DNA of 64,000 nucleotides from a virus. Lineage: Duplodnaviria > Caudoviricetes. The stretch is from positions 21,273-85,272 of the IMG/VR virus record IMGVR_UViG_3300033121_001301. One strand, 5' to 3'. Of the stretch, positions 7,910-18,102 are shown one piece after another. The translations under genes and the position numbers were made by a program. The first letter of the stretch is position 1, and the number at the start of each line of letters is the position of its first letter. The notes beneath the pieces were generated by a model. The model was not told the DNA's origin and did not search any database. It worked only from the letters and a program-made list of their open reading frames with translations.

Positions 7910-10900
7910 TTAAGCCGCTTTGGCTTTTGGTGCTTTGCCGTAAGAACGGCTGATTTTTAATCTGTCACAATCATCATGAGACAAATCAATGCCCCACTTT
8001 TCATAGACGTGAATGTCCAGATCGAACTGGCACAACTTATCTGACACCTTCTTTCCATCATCATCAACAGCGTAGAACTGCACTGCTTTGGACAAACAAG
8101 TGGGCAGAACATGCTTCACGTATCTATCCAGACTCTCGGTAGCACACTCAGCTATCGCCGCATCGTGAATCTGATTGCAGATGCGATAGTTGAGATTCGT
8201 TTCAATAGCTCGTCGATACTTTCTCAAGTTATAAAGTCCAAGAGACATAGCTCGAGCTACTGAGCCCTGAATACGGAAATTACCAGCTTCACGCTTGGCA
8301 TCTTCCACAGCCTTCCGATCATCACCAATAATGGTGAATCGACGGATGCCACCAAGCGCGTCACGAAGGTAACCAGGAGCAGTAACGCGGTTCTTGGTCT
8401 TTTCGAGGAAAGGCAACAACTTGGGATAGCGAGCGAAAATACCATCTCGAATCTTCCCAGCGTCGTCTACAGAGATCTCGATTCCACTTTCTTCTTTCAC
8501 AGCCATCACGACTGCTTCCATACCACGACCGTATGGAATACCGAACACAATCGTCTTCACAGCATCGCGAAAAGCGCTTTTCCCGGCATCCTTCAAAGCA
8601 GACTTCTTTGGTGGAAGATCCAGCTTGAAGATTTCCACGGCAAAACTGCTGTGAATATCAAAGTAGTCAGGATGGTTCTCATCCAAACCGCTTCTACGAA
8701 CGTGCTCAATCATCAACTCGTCGCCAGATAGCCAGGCCATCATGGCTAGCTCGGCTCCGATGAAGTCAGCCTCTACCAACACCGTACCAGGTCGAGCAAT
8801 GAACAAGCTTCGAATAGGCTGGAAACCAGCTCCCACTATTCGCTTGTAATCCTTGTCCCTCTTCTTCGATATGGCCATCAAGTTGGGCTTGGCAGAGCTG
8901 GCTCGACCAGTTTCCTTCGTCTGCCAATAGAGACTGTGAACAGCACCATCGCTACACACGTAGTCTAACAGACCACGTTGCATGACATCCTCATGCTGCT
9001 CATCATCAGCTGCTGCAATAGCTGCATCAGTGATGTCCACACCGCTGTCGGTGTCGTTGTAAAGGATGTTACCTTCTGACACTTCTCTCAGGGCTGTGTT
9101 CAAAGCCTGATTGATGAAGTTGTAATCCAGCAGTCTCTTTACTGTTGGATTGGTGTGAGCAAAAATACCCAGCGTCTCTTTAGCTGTAGATGGTGAGTAA
9201 GAAGCTACCAGGTTTTCTTTTACAATCTTGTCCCACATCATAGCGCCTTTACCAGACGCTTTCATGGGAGTAAGCCCAAGAGTCAGAGCTCCCTCTGGTC
9301 GAGTCTTTACCACAGACCCGTCTTCAGCTGGCTTCTTGCCATTGAGAGCTTCACCGAAGAGCATCTCTCTCTTCTGGTTCACGCTATTAGGATTGAAATC
9401 AGGCCACTTAAGCTCTTGCCTCAACTCACCCAACACTCTCGTCTTCGCTTCGACAAACTTCTCTCTGAGAGCTGTACAAGCCTTGTTGTCGAAAAGAATA
9501 CCAGTCTCTTCCATCTCCATGAAAGCACTCATTGCCATCATGGAAATCCAGAAGTGCTGCCTGGAGTTCAAACCGAAAGTCGGGTCAGCATCCAGATAGC
9601 CTGGCCTGACACACTGATGCGGCTCTGGACCAGTCCACACCCCGTCGAACAACTCAGCCAGCCTGAACGTCACATCAACGTCTTTGGCACCATAGGGATA
9701 GAGAACCTCATCGGGCATGAAGCCGAAAGGAATCTTCTTGTCTCGAAGTTCATGGATCTTCGTATCCCATCGAGGAACACCCAGGTACAGAACACCCAGT
9801 GATTCGAGCTCGAATGGCCCAGTCTCCCTGACAGCGTGAGCTGCCAACATGGTGTCAAACGCACCCTGAACCCTGGTCATTGCTGGGCCATGCAGGATAC
9901 CCAGCTCGGGTGGGTAAAGCATTTCCTCAATGTCCAAGCCTCGTTCCATCAGTGGTTTACGCAACCACATGCCATCAGACTTGATGCTATGACCAGTCAG
10001 TCTGGGCTTCACCGTGTTGATCAACCTGACCAATGGTGCATAAGGATCACCATCGAAGGTGTACTCCCCTTTATCATTGGTCAGAGCAATAACAGCTGCG
10101 TGTTTAGCCATCCAACTGATCTGATAGCAGCGAAGGAAGGCTCCTGGATCAATAGGGAGGCGACCAAACCACTCAGCATCAAGAGCTAGCTTGGTTGGAG
10201 CAACTGCTATGATGTGATCTACCAGAGCGTTCAGCTCTTTCTCTGAGCGAATCACGTAGTAGTGCAAGCCAGTCTCTTCGATCATCGAAGCACCAGTCTC
10301 TATCAGATCCTTGAATTGACGGATCGACAGTTGAAACTGGTTAAGCTTGGCAGCTTGCTTTGCCAAAGCACTGGGATGCAAACAGACAACTGCCTTAGCT
10401 GTCTTCTTGCTAGTAGAATCCCCTGGCACCGTGAGATACTCGTAGTCGTAAGTGAGACCATAAGCTCGATCAACGGTGACTCCGAGAAGTTCCTTGGAAG
10501 CTTCACCACCCAGACAAAGAATGAAATCAGGTTGCACAATAGCCAGCTCTGCTTCCAGAGTTGTCTTGCACATCTTGATCCACGGCTTGGGTAAAGCACC
10601 TGAGAAATTATCGGGTGGTGCAAACTTCACCAGATTGGTGATGTACCAATCGTCTACAGGAAGGTTGAGCATGGCGAACTGCTCTTTCAGCAGCCTGCCA
10701 GAGTTGGAAACAAAGTTCCTACCCTTGGATGCGTCATCCTTACCTGGTGTCTTGCTGACGATCATTACCCTGGCTGGAGCTGGACCAGCTTGAGTGCCAC
10801 CCCAGGTGTGACCTGGTACAAACTTCACATCAAGTGTCTGATTCTTGTAGACAGTGTCGATGTGGAAGTTGGTGGAATAAAGAGCAGAAGCGTAGATCAT

Positions 10901-11122
10901 CGCTCTTGTTGAATCAACATCGGGGGAATCAACTAGCCCCTTGTTGGTCTTTTCGAATGGCTTGTTTTGAAGATTGAGCAAGCTCTCAACAGCTTTATCG
11001 AAATAGGCATCTGGTAAGTGCCTGTAAAAATCAGGCAAGAACCACTCTGAAGTGCTACGTTGAACCAAATTGATGGACTTGTTCATGTAGCTAGGTAACG
11101 ATTGCTGGTTGGACACTGGCAT
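7910..11122 (-). CDS. polA: family A DNA polymerase with N-terminal family-4 UDG-like domain and 3'-5' exonuclease
   Basis: UDG-like: SKTPG..GRNFVSNSGRLL, TNLVKFAPP, LHPS. Exonuclease: DAE, GHSIKSD, YGAKD. Polymerase motifs: A ADFIGAEL, B RDAVKTIVFGIPYG, C QIHDA. Probable start 11122 (GGGAGA then ATG), not 11260. Confidence 0.95.
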   Translation of the reverse strand: MPVSNQQSLPSYMNKSINLVQRSTSEWFLPDFYRHLPDAYFDKAVESLLNLQNKPFEKTNKGLVDSPDVDSTRAMIYASALYSTNFHIDTVYKNQTLDVKFVPGHTWGGTQAGPAPARVMIVSKTPGKDDASKGRNFVSNSGRLLKEQFAMLNLPVDDWYITNLVKFAPPDNFSGALPKPWIKMCKTTLEAELAIVQPDFILCLGGEASKELLGVTVDRAYGLTYDYEYLTVPGDSTSKKTAKAVVCLHPSALAKQAAKLNQFQLSIRQFKDLIETGASMIEETGLHYYVIRSEKELNALVDHIIAVAPTKLALDAEWFGRLPIDPGAFLRCYQISWMAKHAAVIALTNDKGEYTFDGDPYAPLVRLINTVKPRLTGHSIKSDGMWLRKPLMERGLDIEEMLYPPELGILHGPAMTRVQGAFDTMLAAHAVRETGPFELESLGVLYLGVPRWDTKIHELRDKKIPFGFMPDEVLYPYGAKDVDVTFRLAELFDGVWTGPEPHQCVRPGYLDADPTFGLNSRQHFWISMMAMSAFMEMEETGILFDNKACTALREKFVEAKTRVLGELRQELKWPDFNPNSVNQKREMLFGEALNGKKPAEDGSVVKTRPEGALTLGLTPMKASGKGAMMWDKIVKENLVASYSPSTAKETLGIFAHTNPTVKRLLDYNFINQALNTALREVSEGNILYNDTDSGVDITDAAIAAADDEQHEDVMQRGLLDYVCSDGAVHSLYWQTKETGRASSAKPNLMAISKKRDKDYKRIVGAGFQPIRSLFIARPGTVLVEADFIGAELAMMAWLSGDELMIEHVRRSGLDENHPDYFDIHSSFAVEIFKLDLPPKKSALKDAGKSAFRDAVKTIVFGIPYGRGMEAVVMAVKEESGIEISVDDAGKIRDGIFARYPKLLPFLEKTKNRVTAPGYLRDALGGIRRFTIIGDDRKAVEDAKREAGNFRIQGSVARAMSLGLYNLRKYRRAIETNLNYRICNQIHDAAIAECATESLDRYVKHVLPTCLSKAVQFYAVDDDGKKVSDKLCQFDLDIHVYEKWGIDLSHDDCDRLKISRSYGKAPKAKAA

Positions 11123-12191
11123 TCTCTCCCTGAAAATAGTCAAACACATTAATTCCCTGCTTCTTGCAGGAGTCGTGAATAGCCTGCCACGACCTCTCTT
11201 CGCCCAAAGTGCCTGGATCATCAGTGAAAGGTATTTCAGCTCGAACAATGGGAGTGTCACAGTTAGACTTCAGTTGAATGAAGATCTTCTGTGATTCCTT
11301 TACTGCTGAGCCGTCGACCATCACCACAATCAAACAGTCATCTCCCCAATACGTTCGCAACAACTGCATTTGATCATGGGAAAGAGACTTGCTCCACAAA
11401 GCTACACTTCGAGTCCCTACTGTCCACACACTGCTTGGCCCTTCAACTACCACAACTATTCGACTGCGCCTGGCAACATCGAAATTGTAAAGGTACTTGC
11501 TTCGAGCCATTCGTCGCATGGTTCGGTACTTGGGGCACTCTGGAGTCCAAACCCTGTCCCCGATGTACCTGCACTGATAGCCAACCAACCTTCCCTCAAA
11601 GGACATGGGAATGTAGATTCGATTCAAACAGTCAACATGGTGTCCCCAGCTCACTGTGGTGACATAGCCGATGTTGTACCAGTCTACCAGGTTTTGAATG
11701 TTGTAACCTCGACCAGTCAGGTACGAAATGCAAGGTTGAAGGGGATTCATATCCTTTAACGAGATCACCGTACCCGGTGGCTCTGGTATCAGCGGCTTTT
11801 CATTGATAGCGTTGTCTGAAGGTGCAACGATACCAGAAACACCAAACCACGGTGTGTCACCGTAAGTCATGGTGTGGAATTGTGATCGCTTCTCTGGATC
11901 AGAGAAACAATTCTCTTCGTTAAAACACTTGATCATGTCGTCAACACTGCGGGCTGCATCTGCGTCCCACTGCATCCACATGTGATTGACGTACAATCTG
12001 CCTTTTGCGTCTCCACAATAAGGGCAATTCAGGCGATATGCCTCACCATTGACTGTACCCAAACCTCGAGAACGTCTGCCTGTAATGGGGTCTAATTGCC
12101 ACACTGGTCGATACGTTTCATTAGGTCTTACAATCTGCACATCACCAAACTTAGCCTTTAATCGTGCAAACAGTTCTGGGTTGAGAGCCAC
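11091..12191 (-). CDS. dnaG: DNA primase (Zn finger plus TOPRIM)
   Basis: CPYC...CFN..C zinc finger; RIYIP...GYQCR; TOPRIM VVVEG, MVDG and DDPG. Confidence 0.9.
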   Translation of the reverse strand: MALNPELFARLKAKFGDVQIVRPNETYRPVWQLDPITGRRSRGLGTVNGEAYRLNCPYCGDAKGRLYVNHMWMQWDADAARSVDDMIKCFNEENCFSDPEKRSQFHTMTYGDTPWFGVSGIVAPSDNAINEKPLIPEPPGTVISLKDMNPLQPCISYLTGRGYNIQNLVDWYNIGYVTTVSWGHHVDCLNRIYIPMSFEGRLVGYQCRYIGDRVWTPECPKYRTMRRMARSKYLYNFDVARRSRIVVVVEGPSSVWTVGTRSVALWSKSLSHDQMQLLRTYWGDDCLIVVMVDGSAVKESQKIFIQLKSNCDTPIVRAEIPFTDDPGTLGEERSWQAIHDSCKKQGINVFDYFQGENASVQPAIVT

Positions 12192-12208
12192 AACTGTATC
12201 TCCGATCG

Positions 12209-13843
12209 TTAAGCTGTTTTTCTGCGGAAAGGAACCACCAAAGTACCACGATCATCCCTCTCAAAGTTGTGATTATGAACGAAGGTTCCCATCGATCGAT
12301 CAAGATCAATCTGATTATCCATCACCACCATCCGATTGAAACCACCATGAATGAACAGGGTAGACGGAGGTGTTGGCTGGAAGTCACGATGCTTGGAGCA
12401 ATTGATGAGACAGCAGTTATCATCCTGGCTACGAGTGCCAAGACAGAAAGTGAACCAACAGTTGTCACCGAAGTCACCAGCTTCTGAAGCATAAGAGTGC
12501 GACGGAACCCAAGTAGGAGACTTTCGATTAGCATCCGTGTTGAATTGATTGGCAATCCAACCGTGAGCTCTCGGCAGATACGAATTCAACTGCCTGACAC
12601 ACTCGTTGGGCATGCCACCAATGACGTGCCGCAAGTAATCCAGCTTGCTTCCAACCTGATTCTTGGCAACCAGCTTGGCGTAATCGACATAGTACCCGGC
12701 AACCTCAAGACCTTCTTCCTTTTGTGCAAGAAGAATGTTTTGAATCTCGGGAATGCCACCACAGCCCTTCTTGGGGTTCTCCAAAGAGGGGATCATCTCG
12801 CAGACAAAGACGTTGCGAGAAAGGATGGCATTAGCGTTGGCGTATCGTTCAACCTCTGATGCCAGGTTCTCTCCATAGGGGCCAACACCATCAGGGAAGA
12901 AGCGAGTTTCATACTCTGGTCTTTCATCCCCTGGGCCTGCTAACTGCATCATCGGATCATACTCGTACTTGGTGAGTCGATCCAAAGGTATGTGAGCAAG
13001 GTAAGCCATACAACGACGCTGGATGTCTTCCTTGCATCCCTCGTAGACGAAGTAGTAGTACATACCCATTTTGGTGGCAGCGTTTGGGCCAACCTTGGCA
13101 ACTTCCTGCTGGTACCTGATCTGCTCTTGAATGGCAGAAGAGACCATGAGAGTTACCAGGTTCAAAGTCTTACCAACACCGGTTGGCCCCAGAAGTCCGT
13201 ACACTTTGCCAGGACTAACTCCACCGTTCAATCGCTCATCGAAGTAATCGATGCCCGTTGGAACAATGTAGTGAACCGGCTTAGACGACTTGTGGTGAGT
13301 GGCAGTGTAAAGGTCAGTAACACCCAGACCAGAGATTCGAGTTGCTTCATCATGAAGCGACTGGATATTAGCAAGAGTCTCAGTGTTGTTGCCTTGAGTG
13401 GCAATAGCAGCAAGCTTCTTAAACACCCGTCTTTCGAGCAGGAACTTCTGCAGGCAATTCCAGGCCATCTGACGATTCATGGTCTCTTTAGTGAAACCAG
13501 TAATAGCCTGATGAAAGAAGCCTCCCTGAGCCATCATCTGCTGATAAATAGCAGGGTGAGAAGCTTTAATCTCGTTTTCCAGGTAAGCAGCAACTGTCAT
13601 GTAAACGACATTCTGCAAACCTTCAAGTGGCAAGCGACCCTGGTTGTCTTCAGCTATCTTGACAATGCATCTCCAGAAGATGGCATACTGAGCTTCTTCC
13701 GGTTGAAAGTACTCAGGTAGCAACTTGTCTTTAGCTGAGTTGAACAAGTCAGGGAAGTGCAACATGGCAGAAAGAAGATAGCTCTTCTCGATGTCTGTCA
13801 GGGACTTAACAGCCTGGGCTGGTGGGGCTTTCTCTGGTCTCAC
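12209..13843 (-). CDS. dnaB: DnaB-like (SF4) replicative helicase
   Basis: Walker A GPTGVGKT, Walker B YVDY, NQFN, and a KHR arginine finger. Adjacent to the primase. Confidence 0.85.
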   Translation of the reverse strand: MRPEKAPPAQAVKSLTDIEKSYLLSAMLHFPDLFNSAKDKLLPEYFQPEEAQYAIFWRCIVKIAEDNQGRLPLEGLQNVVYMTVAAYLENEIKASHPAIYQQMMAQGGFFHQAITGFTKETMNRQMAWNCLQKFLLERRVFKKLAAIATQGNNTETLANIQSLHDEATRISGLGVTDLYTATHHKSSKPVHYIVPTGIDYFDERLNGGVSPGKVYGLLGPTGVGKTLNLVTLMVSSAIQEQIRYQQEVAKVGPNAATKMGMYYYFVYEGCKEDIQRRCMAYLAHIPLDRLTKYEYDPMMQLAGPGDERPEYETRFFPDGVGPYGENLASEVERYANANAILSRNVFVCEMIPSLENPKKGCGGIPEIQNILLAQKEEGLEVAGYYVDYAKLVAKNQVGSKLDYLRHVIGGMPNECVRQLNSYLPRAHGWIANQFNTDANRKSPTWVPSHSYASEAGDFGDNCWFTFCLGTRSQDDNCCLINCSKHRDFQPTPPSTLFIHGGFNRMVVMDNQIDLDRSMGTFVHNHNFERDDRGTLVVPFRRKTA

Positions 13844-14490
13844 GATGCTCTCCTCTTCAAACCTAGTTCCTTCAATCGAGCTGGGATGAGCTCACCCCAG
13901 GTCTGATCAAATGCTTCTTGCGAAAGTCGATAATCTTGCACCGCCTGTACTATCCACGGTGACGATTCTCTACCGCATCTCTCAAGAACACAACAACGGA
14001 ACAACGCTGTGTAATTAGCTGTCACCATGGACACCGCATCAGCTTCAATTTGACTGTGCGTAGCGTCCGAAGACATGGAAACGATATCGACAGTTCGCTG
14101 CAACCTCTCCACCTGTTGCTTCAAACTGTCAGCACAAGCTAAAGTACTTGGTTGAAGTCTGTCGTAAGCATGCTGCGTAGTCTTACTAAAGATCTCCTGA
14201 TGCGGAAAACCTACCGCCTTGCTCATGGGGGAAACAGCCCTAAATACGGCTTGAATAAGCCGATAAGGCTCAAATTTACCGGTCTTACAATAGAGGTAAA
14301 GTTTACCCCAAAAATCAGGTTCACCCCGTTTTGGTGGTGTGCTCAACAATGCAAGTTTGTTTTGAGCAAACTGCAAGGAAACCGCTTTTCCCCCAGCCTT
14401 GCGCTGGAGGAATCGATGATATTCGCGCGTGTAAGCGTCGATGACGAACGTGCGAAAATCATCTTCACTTTGGAAGATGTCTACACTCAT
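13840..14490 (-). CDS. hypothetical protein (possible helicase accessory protein)
   Basis: ATGA overlap with the upstream helicase stop; positioned between the two helicases. Confidence 0.6.
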   Translation of the reverse strand: MSVDIFQSEDDFRTFVIDAYTREYHRFLQRKAGGKAVSLQFAQNKLALLSTPPKRGEPDFWGKLYLYCKTGKFEPYRLIQAVFRAVSPMSKAVGFPHQEIFSKTTQHAYDRLQPSTLACADSLKQQVERLQRTVDIVSMSSDATHSQIEADAVSMVTANYTALFRCCVLERCGRESSPWIVQAVQDYRLSQEAFDQTWGELIPARLKELGLKRRAS

Positions 14491-15965
14491 TGTCGCTCCC
14501 ATGACAACCAACCTACCTCTTCCCACCCCTGAGAACGGTAGTTGGTTCGCTGTCGTTGTTCCTTAGAGTACAACGGCTTATTGAACATGTCAAGCAAGGT
14601 GTAAAGCCTGCCCATTTCCTTGATCGTTCCATCCGACTTTATGATTCGACTGGTTCGACCTGGAGCCTGGGTATCTTTGATCACACCTGCTGCAAAAGGA
14701 TCTGTGCGGAAAACCCCAGCTAAGTCTGGGAAGTTCACACCAGTGTCCCAGATGCTTGTGACAATGACTTTCTTCAACTTGTTCTTGGAGAAAGCCACAC
14801 GGAGATTTTGATTTTTTTCTTTTCGATTTTCACAAGAGTCTGCGGGGATAAGACCCTGACTTGCCCAGTAGCTAGCTTCTTTGATAGTGGTAGCACCAGC
14901 ACCAAAAGCAACTTTGTACTCGGGAAGAAACTTAGCCAGGTGCGCTAAGTGCTCAATCGACTGAACAAGAATCAACGTTTGATCAAACTCTGGTATCTGT
15001 TTTTTGCAGTACTCAGCGATGAAAGCGTTCCTTTTCTCGTTTCTCCAAATCCCAAACCTCGCCATTTTGGTAGGGTCAGACTCATCCCCAATTGGATCAA
15101 AGTCCATGAAGAAAGGCAGGTAGTTCACTTCAATGTTGGCTACCAACCCATGTTCAACACACTTCTGAAAAGGAAACTCTGCTCGGGTTTTACCAAACAT
15201 GGCTTCCACGCGAATGCTGGAATTATCAGCTCGATCCCAAGGATTAGCTGAGAACCAGTAACGTCGGGCTTTCTTGTACACAGAGAACTTGGGACAAGCT
15301 TTCTCTGTGACCACCTCATGTACTTCGTCCACCAGAAGAACGTCTGCTTCTCCATCGGACTTGTGAAGAGAACCAGTGGTGTAGATGGTAATTTGCTTGG
15401 GCTTATTGGTACCATCACCAACAAAGCCAACCATGTCTTCACCAAGCTCGCTAATGAGATACTCTTCCAGGGTTCTGCAAACTTCAACAGACTCCGTGGT
15501 AATGTCCACACGATAATCGCGGAACAGCTGACACAGAATGCTGATGATGAAGCTTTTACCGTAACCTGGAGCTGCATCCAAACCACCAAAAGGAAACTTC
15601 AATATTTCCTGCAGGTGCTCCAACTGCGGATACCTGAATTTAGTGGAGGTGGAAAGATTTTTCCAGTTGGGTGCAGCGGAGCTGAAACCGTGGAAGGTGA
15701 ACTGATGCTGCAGATCGAACTTGCTGAGAAGTTTACTCAGCAAGTCCATAAAGCCAGCGGGAATGGCAATGAAACCACCCTCTTGCTTGAAGAAGGTCTT
15801 TTTCACTATCTCATTCCCGCTGGATTGACCAAACTTCGCCCAAGCTTCCTTGCCGCGAAGATACTTTCGATGCTTGTAACTGACCAGGGCTTCAAGCTCA
15901 TCCGACACTACTTGAGGCAATGGCGGAATGAGCATGACGCGACTGTTGATCTGAATGTTGAGCAT
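14487..15965 (-). CDS. SF2 helicase, UvsW-like
   Basis: APGYGKS, LVDEVH, FSANP, DTGVNFP, QAPGRTSR. Probable start MLNIQ at 15965 after GGAG. Confidence 0.9.
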   Translation of the reverse strand: MLNIQINSRVMLIPPLPQVVSDELEALVSYKHRKYLRGKEAWAKFGQSSGNEIVKKTFFKQEGGFIAIPAGFMDLLSKLLSKFDLQHQFTFHGFSSAAPNWKNLSTSTKFRYPQLEHLQEILKFPFGGLDAAPGYGKSFIISILCQLFRDYRVDITTESVEVCRTLEEYLISELGEDMVGFVGDGTNKPKQITIYTTGSLHKSDGEADVLLVDEVHEVVTEKACPKFSVYKKARRYWFSANPWDRADNSSIRVEAMFGKTRAEFPFQKCVEHGLVANIEVNYLPFFMDFDPIGDESDPTKMARFGIWRNEKRNAFIAEYCKKQIPEFDQTLILVQSIEHLAHLAKFLPEYKVAFGAGATTIKEASYWASQGLIPADSCENRKEKNQNLRVAFSKNKLKKVIVTSIWDTGVNFPDLAGVFRTDPFAAGVIKDTQAPGRTSRIIKSDGTIKEMGRLYTLLDMFNKPLYSKEQRQRTNYRSQGWEEVGWLSWERQ

Positions 15966-15967
15966 TG

Positions 15968-18100
15968 CTACTCCAAAGAGATGACGTTGTCGAATAGAGG
16001 CAGCAGGCTTTTTTCGTGAGTGATAACAATCACTTGAATACCCTGCTCGATCGAAAGCTTCTTGAGATACTCGAGAGCTATCCCAACACACTTCATGTCG
16101 TCTGGACCAAAGCCATAGGTAGGCTCGTCCAGAGCAAAGAAACCGAGCTCTTGTGCCCAAATGGATTGAGCAGCTATCTGTAGTGCCAGACCAAACTGAG
16201 CACTTTCACCACCAGAAAGTCGTTCGTCTGGTTGAATGCCTTTGAAAGAATTGTCGAAGAAGGTGGCAGAGAAAGTGCCGTCTTCTTTAGACAATACTCG
16301 ATAGTTGGCACTGAACTCTTGCAGCACTTCGTTCATGCGAATCGCTATGGCTTTCAACGATTCTTTGGCCAAGTGTGCTGGAAGGTTATCCTGATGAAGA
16401 ACGTCTCGGGCTGAAATGATATCAGTTCGGAACTTCCTCGACTTGAGAACCTTCTCCATCTTCACCTTGAAGTCAGCCATGCGAGCTTGTTCAGCCTCCA
16501 GCTGCTTCTCCAGTACAGCAATGGAGCCGAGATACCTGTTGTTGTTGGTGACTACATTCTCATACTGAATCACCTTGGTAGACGCTGCCTGCACCTCAGC
16601 CTGGGTAAAGGAAGCTGATCGAACCTGAGATTGAAGCTCAATCACCTTGCCTTGAAGAGTCTCTACAAGAGCTTCACAGGTAGTCACCTGAGCTGTCTTG
16701 GTCTTTAACAGGTTGTTCTGCAGCGAAGTGTTGTGAGCGAAGTTCTTCATAAAGAAGTCTTCCTCAGTGTTGAGGCCCATTAACTCAACATCAGGGTAAG
16801 TGTCCATATCAGCTGGATAAGTAGCCAGCATTTCCCTGTACTGCTTCAACAACTGTTGGTTGTTACTGACAGTCACTTTCGCAGCTTCATACATCTGCCA
16901 GAAAGAGATGGACTGCGTTAGTTTGGAAGCTTCGCCCTGAATGTAAGCTCGTAGAGTGTCTATCTTTGAAAGATCGTTAAAGATCGTCGAAGACACTTCC
17001 TGCATACAAGTGGGACACACCTGCTTGCCGGTGTTAGCTACCAGCTTGCTGCTCAACTGCTTCAAGTGCTCGAGAACAGCCAGCTCCCGTTTAGCAGCTT
17101 CCACTTCTGGGGAAGGCTTCAAATTCTCCTGCGAATAAACACCAGGAGGAACCGCTGGCAAGGCAAGGTTACTTTCCAACTGAGTGATGTACTGCTTGGT
17201 AGCTTGCCAATTCCTCTTGGCAGACACCTGCAGCTTCACTTGAGAAATCAGCTGCAACTTCTGATTCAATGCCGCATATTGCTGTTCATGTGATACGAGA
17301 GCAGCTGAAATAGTAGTGACATCAAGCTTGGCAGATGTTAGTGCCTGAAGATTGCTATCTCGAGCAGCAATCGATCGATGGAGATCTTCGTTGAACTTCG
17401 TCAGCTGCGCGTGGTCACTCAAGAGCTTTTTGGCGTTGTTGTAAGTGTCAACGTCTTCTTGAGTTATCTCAATCACAGCCTGCTGAGTAGACTCCAACTG
17501 CACACGGATCTTCTTGATAGCGTCAGCAATGACTTCTTCAGAATCAAGAACTTCCACGGCTGGCAGCTGGGTGACGTACTGTCCAAGCCAGGTGTGAAGC
17601 TTGGAGAACTTACCCATGCCACTCAGCTTCTGCATAGCAATAACGCGATCAGCTGGATCGAGATTGAGAATGGCTGCTAGCTTGCCCTGGTTAACCACCA
17701 CGAACTCATCAAAGAGTAGTGGGTCAACTCCGAGTCTCTCTCGAAGCATTTCAGTCACTTCTTTGTCAGCAGTTACTACAGGCTCTTCTCCCCACTGCAA
17801 CGTGCGTTTAGAGGAGCTCAGATACCGACACAGGGAGAAAGCATCTGCTTTGTGCTGTCCCACCAGAGTGACCGAGGAGACTGCGCCTCTACTAGGATTG
17901 CTGGTCATCGAATAAGTGATATCAGCTTCCTTCTTGCCAGCGTTACCACTCGCACCAGTAAAAACAAATCGAACACCTTTGAGGATGTTCGATTTACCTG
18001 AACCGATGGGGCCAACAATGGCGTTCAATCCCGGTTTGAATTTAACTGTCAGATCGCGATGCTGACAGTAATTCAAAAAGTGCATCTCATGAATTAACAA
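15968..18100 (-). CDS. sbcC: SbcC/Rad50-like SMC ATPase (recombination nuclease subunit)
   Basis: GPIGSGKS, coiled coil with a CPTC zinc hook, LSGGE, LDEPT, VITH. Confidence 0.95.
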   Translation of the reverse strand: MLIHEMHFLNYCQHRDLTVKFKPGLNAIVGPIGSGKSNILKGVRFVFTGASGNAGKKEADITYSMTSNPSRGAVSSVTLVGQHKADAFSLCRYLSSSKRTLQWGEEPVVTADKEVTEMLRERLGVDPLLFDEFVVVNQGKLAAILNLDPADRVIAMQKLSGMGKFSKLHTWLGQYVTQLPAVEVLDSEEVIADAIKKIRVQLESTQQAVIEITQEDVDTYNNAKKLLSDHAQLTKFNEDLHRSIAARDSNLQALTSAKLDVTTISAALVSHEQQYAALNQKLQLISQVKLQVSAKRNWQATKQYITQLESNLALPAVPPGVYSQENLKPSPEVEAAKRELAVLEHLKQLSSKLVANTGKQVCPTCMQEVSSTIFNDLSKIDTLRAYIQGEASKLTQSISFWQMYEAAKVTVSNNQQLLKQYREMLATYPADMDTYPDVELMGLNTEEDFFMKNFAHNTSLQNNLLKTKTAQVTTCEALVETLQGKVIELQSQVRSASFTQAEVQAASTKVIQYENVVTNNNRYLGSIAVLEKQLEAEQARMADFKVKMEKVLKSRKFRTDIISARDVLHQDNLPAHLAKESLKAIAIRMNEVLQEFSANYRVLSKEDGTFSATFFDNSFKGIQPDERLSGGESAQFGLALQIAAQSIWAQELGFFALDEPTYGFGPDDMKCVGIALEYLKKLSIEQGIQVIVITHEKSLLPLFDNVISLE

Positions 18101-18102
18101 CG

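Noticed and set aside
401-16019. Long plus-strand ORFs antisense to replication genes (401..1123, 6093..6710, 12992..13720, 15318..16019 and others)
   Set aside because: They are shadow frames of motif-bearing minus-strand genes, with no RBS or recognisable motifs. The same applies to antisense ORFs across the structural operon.
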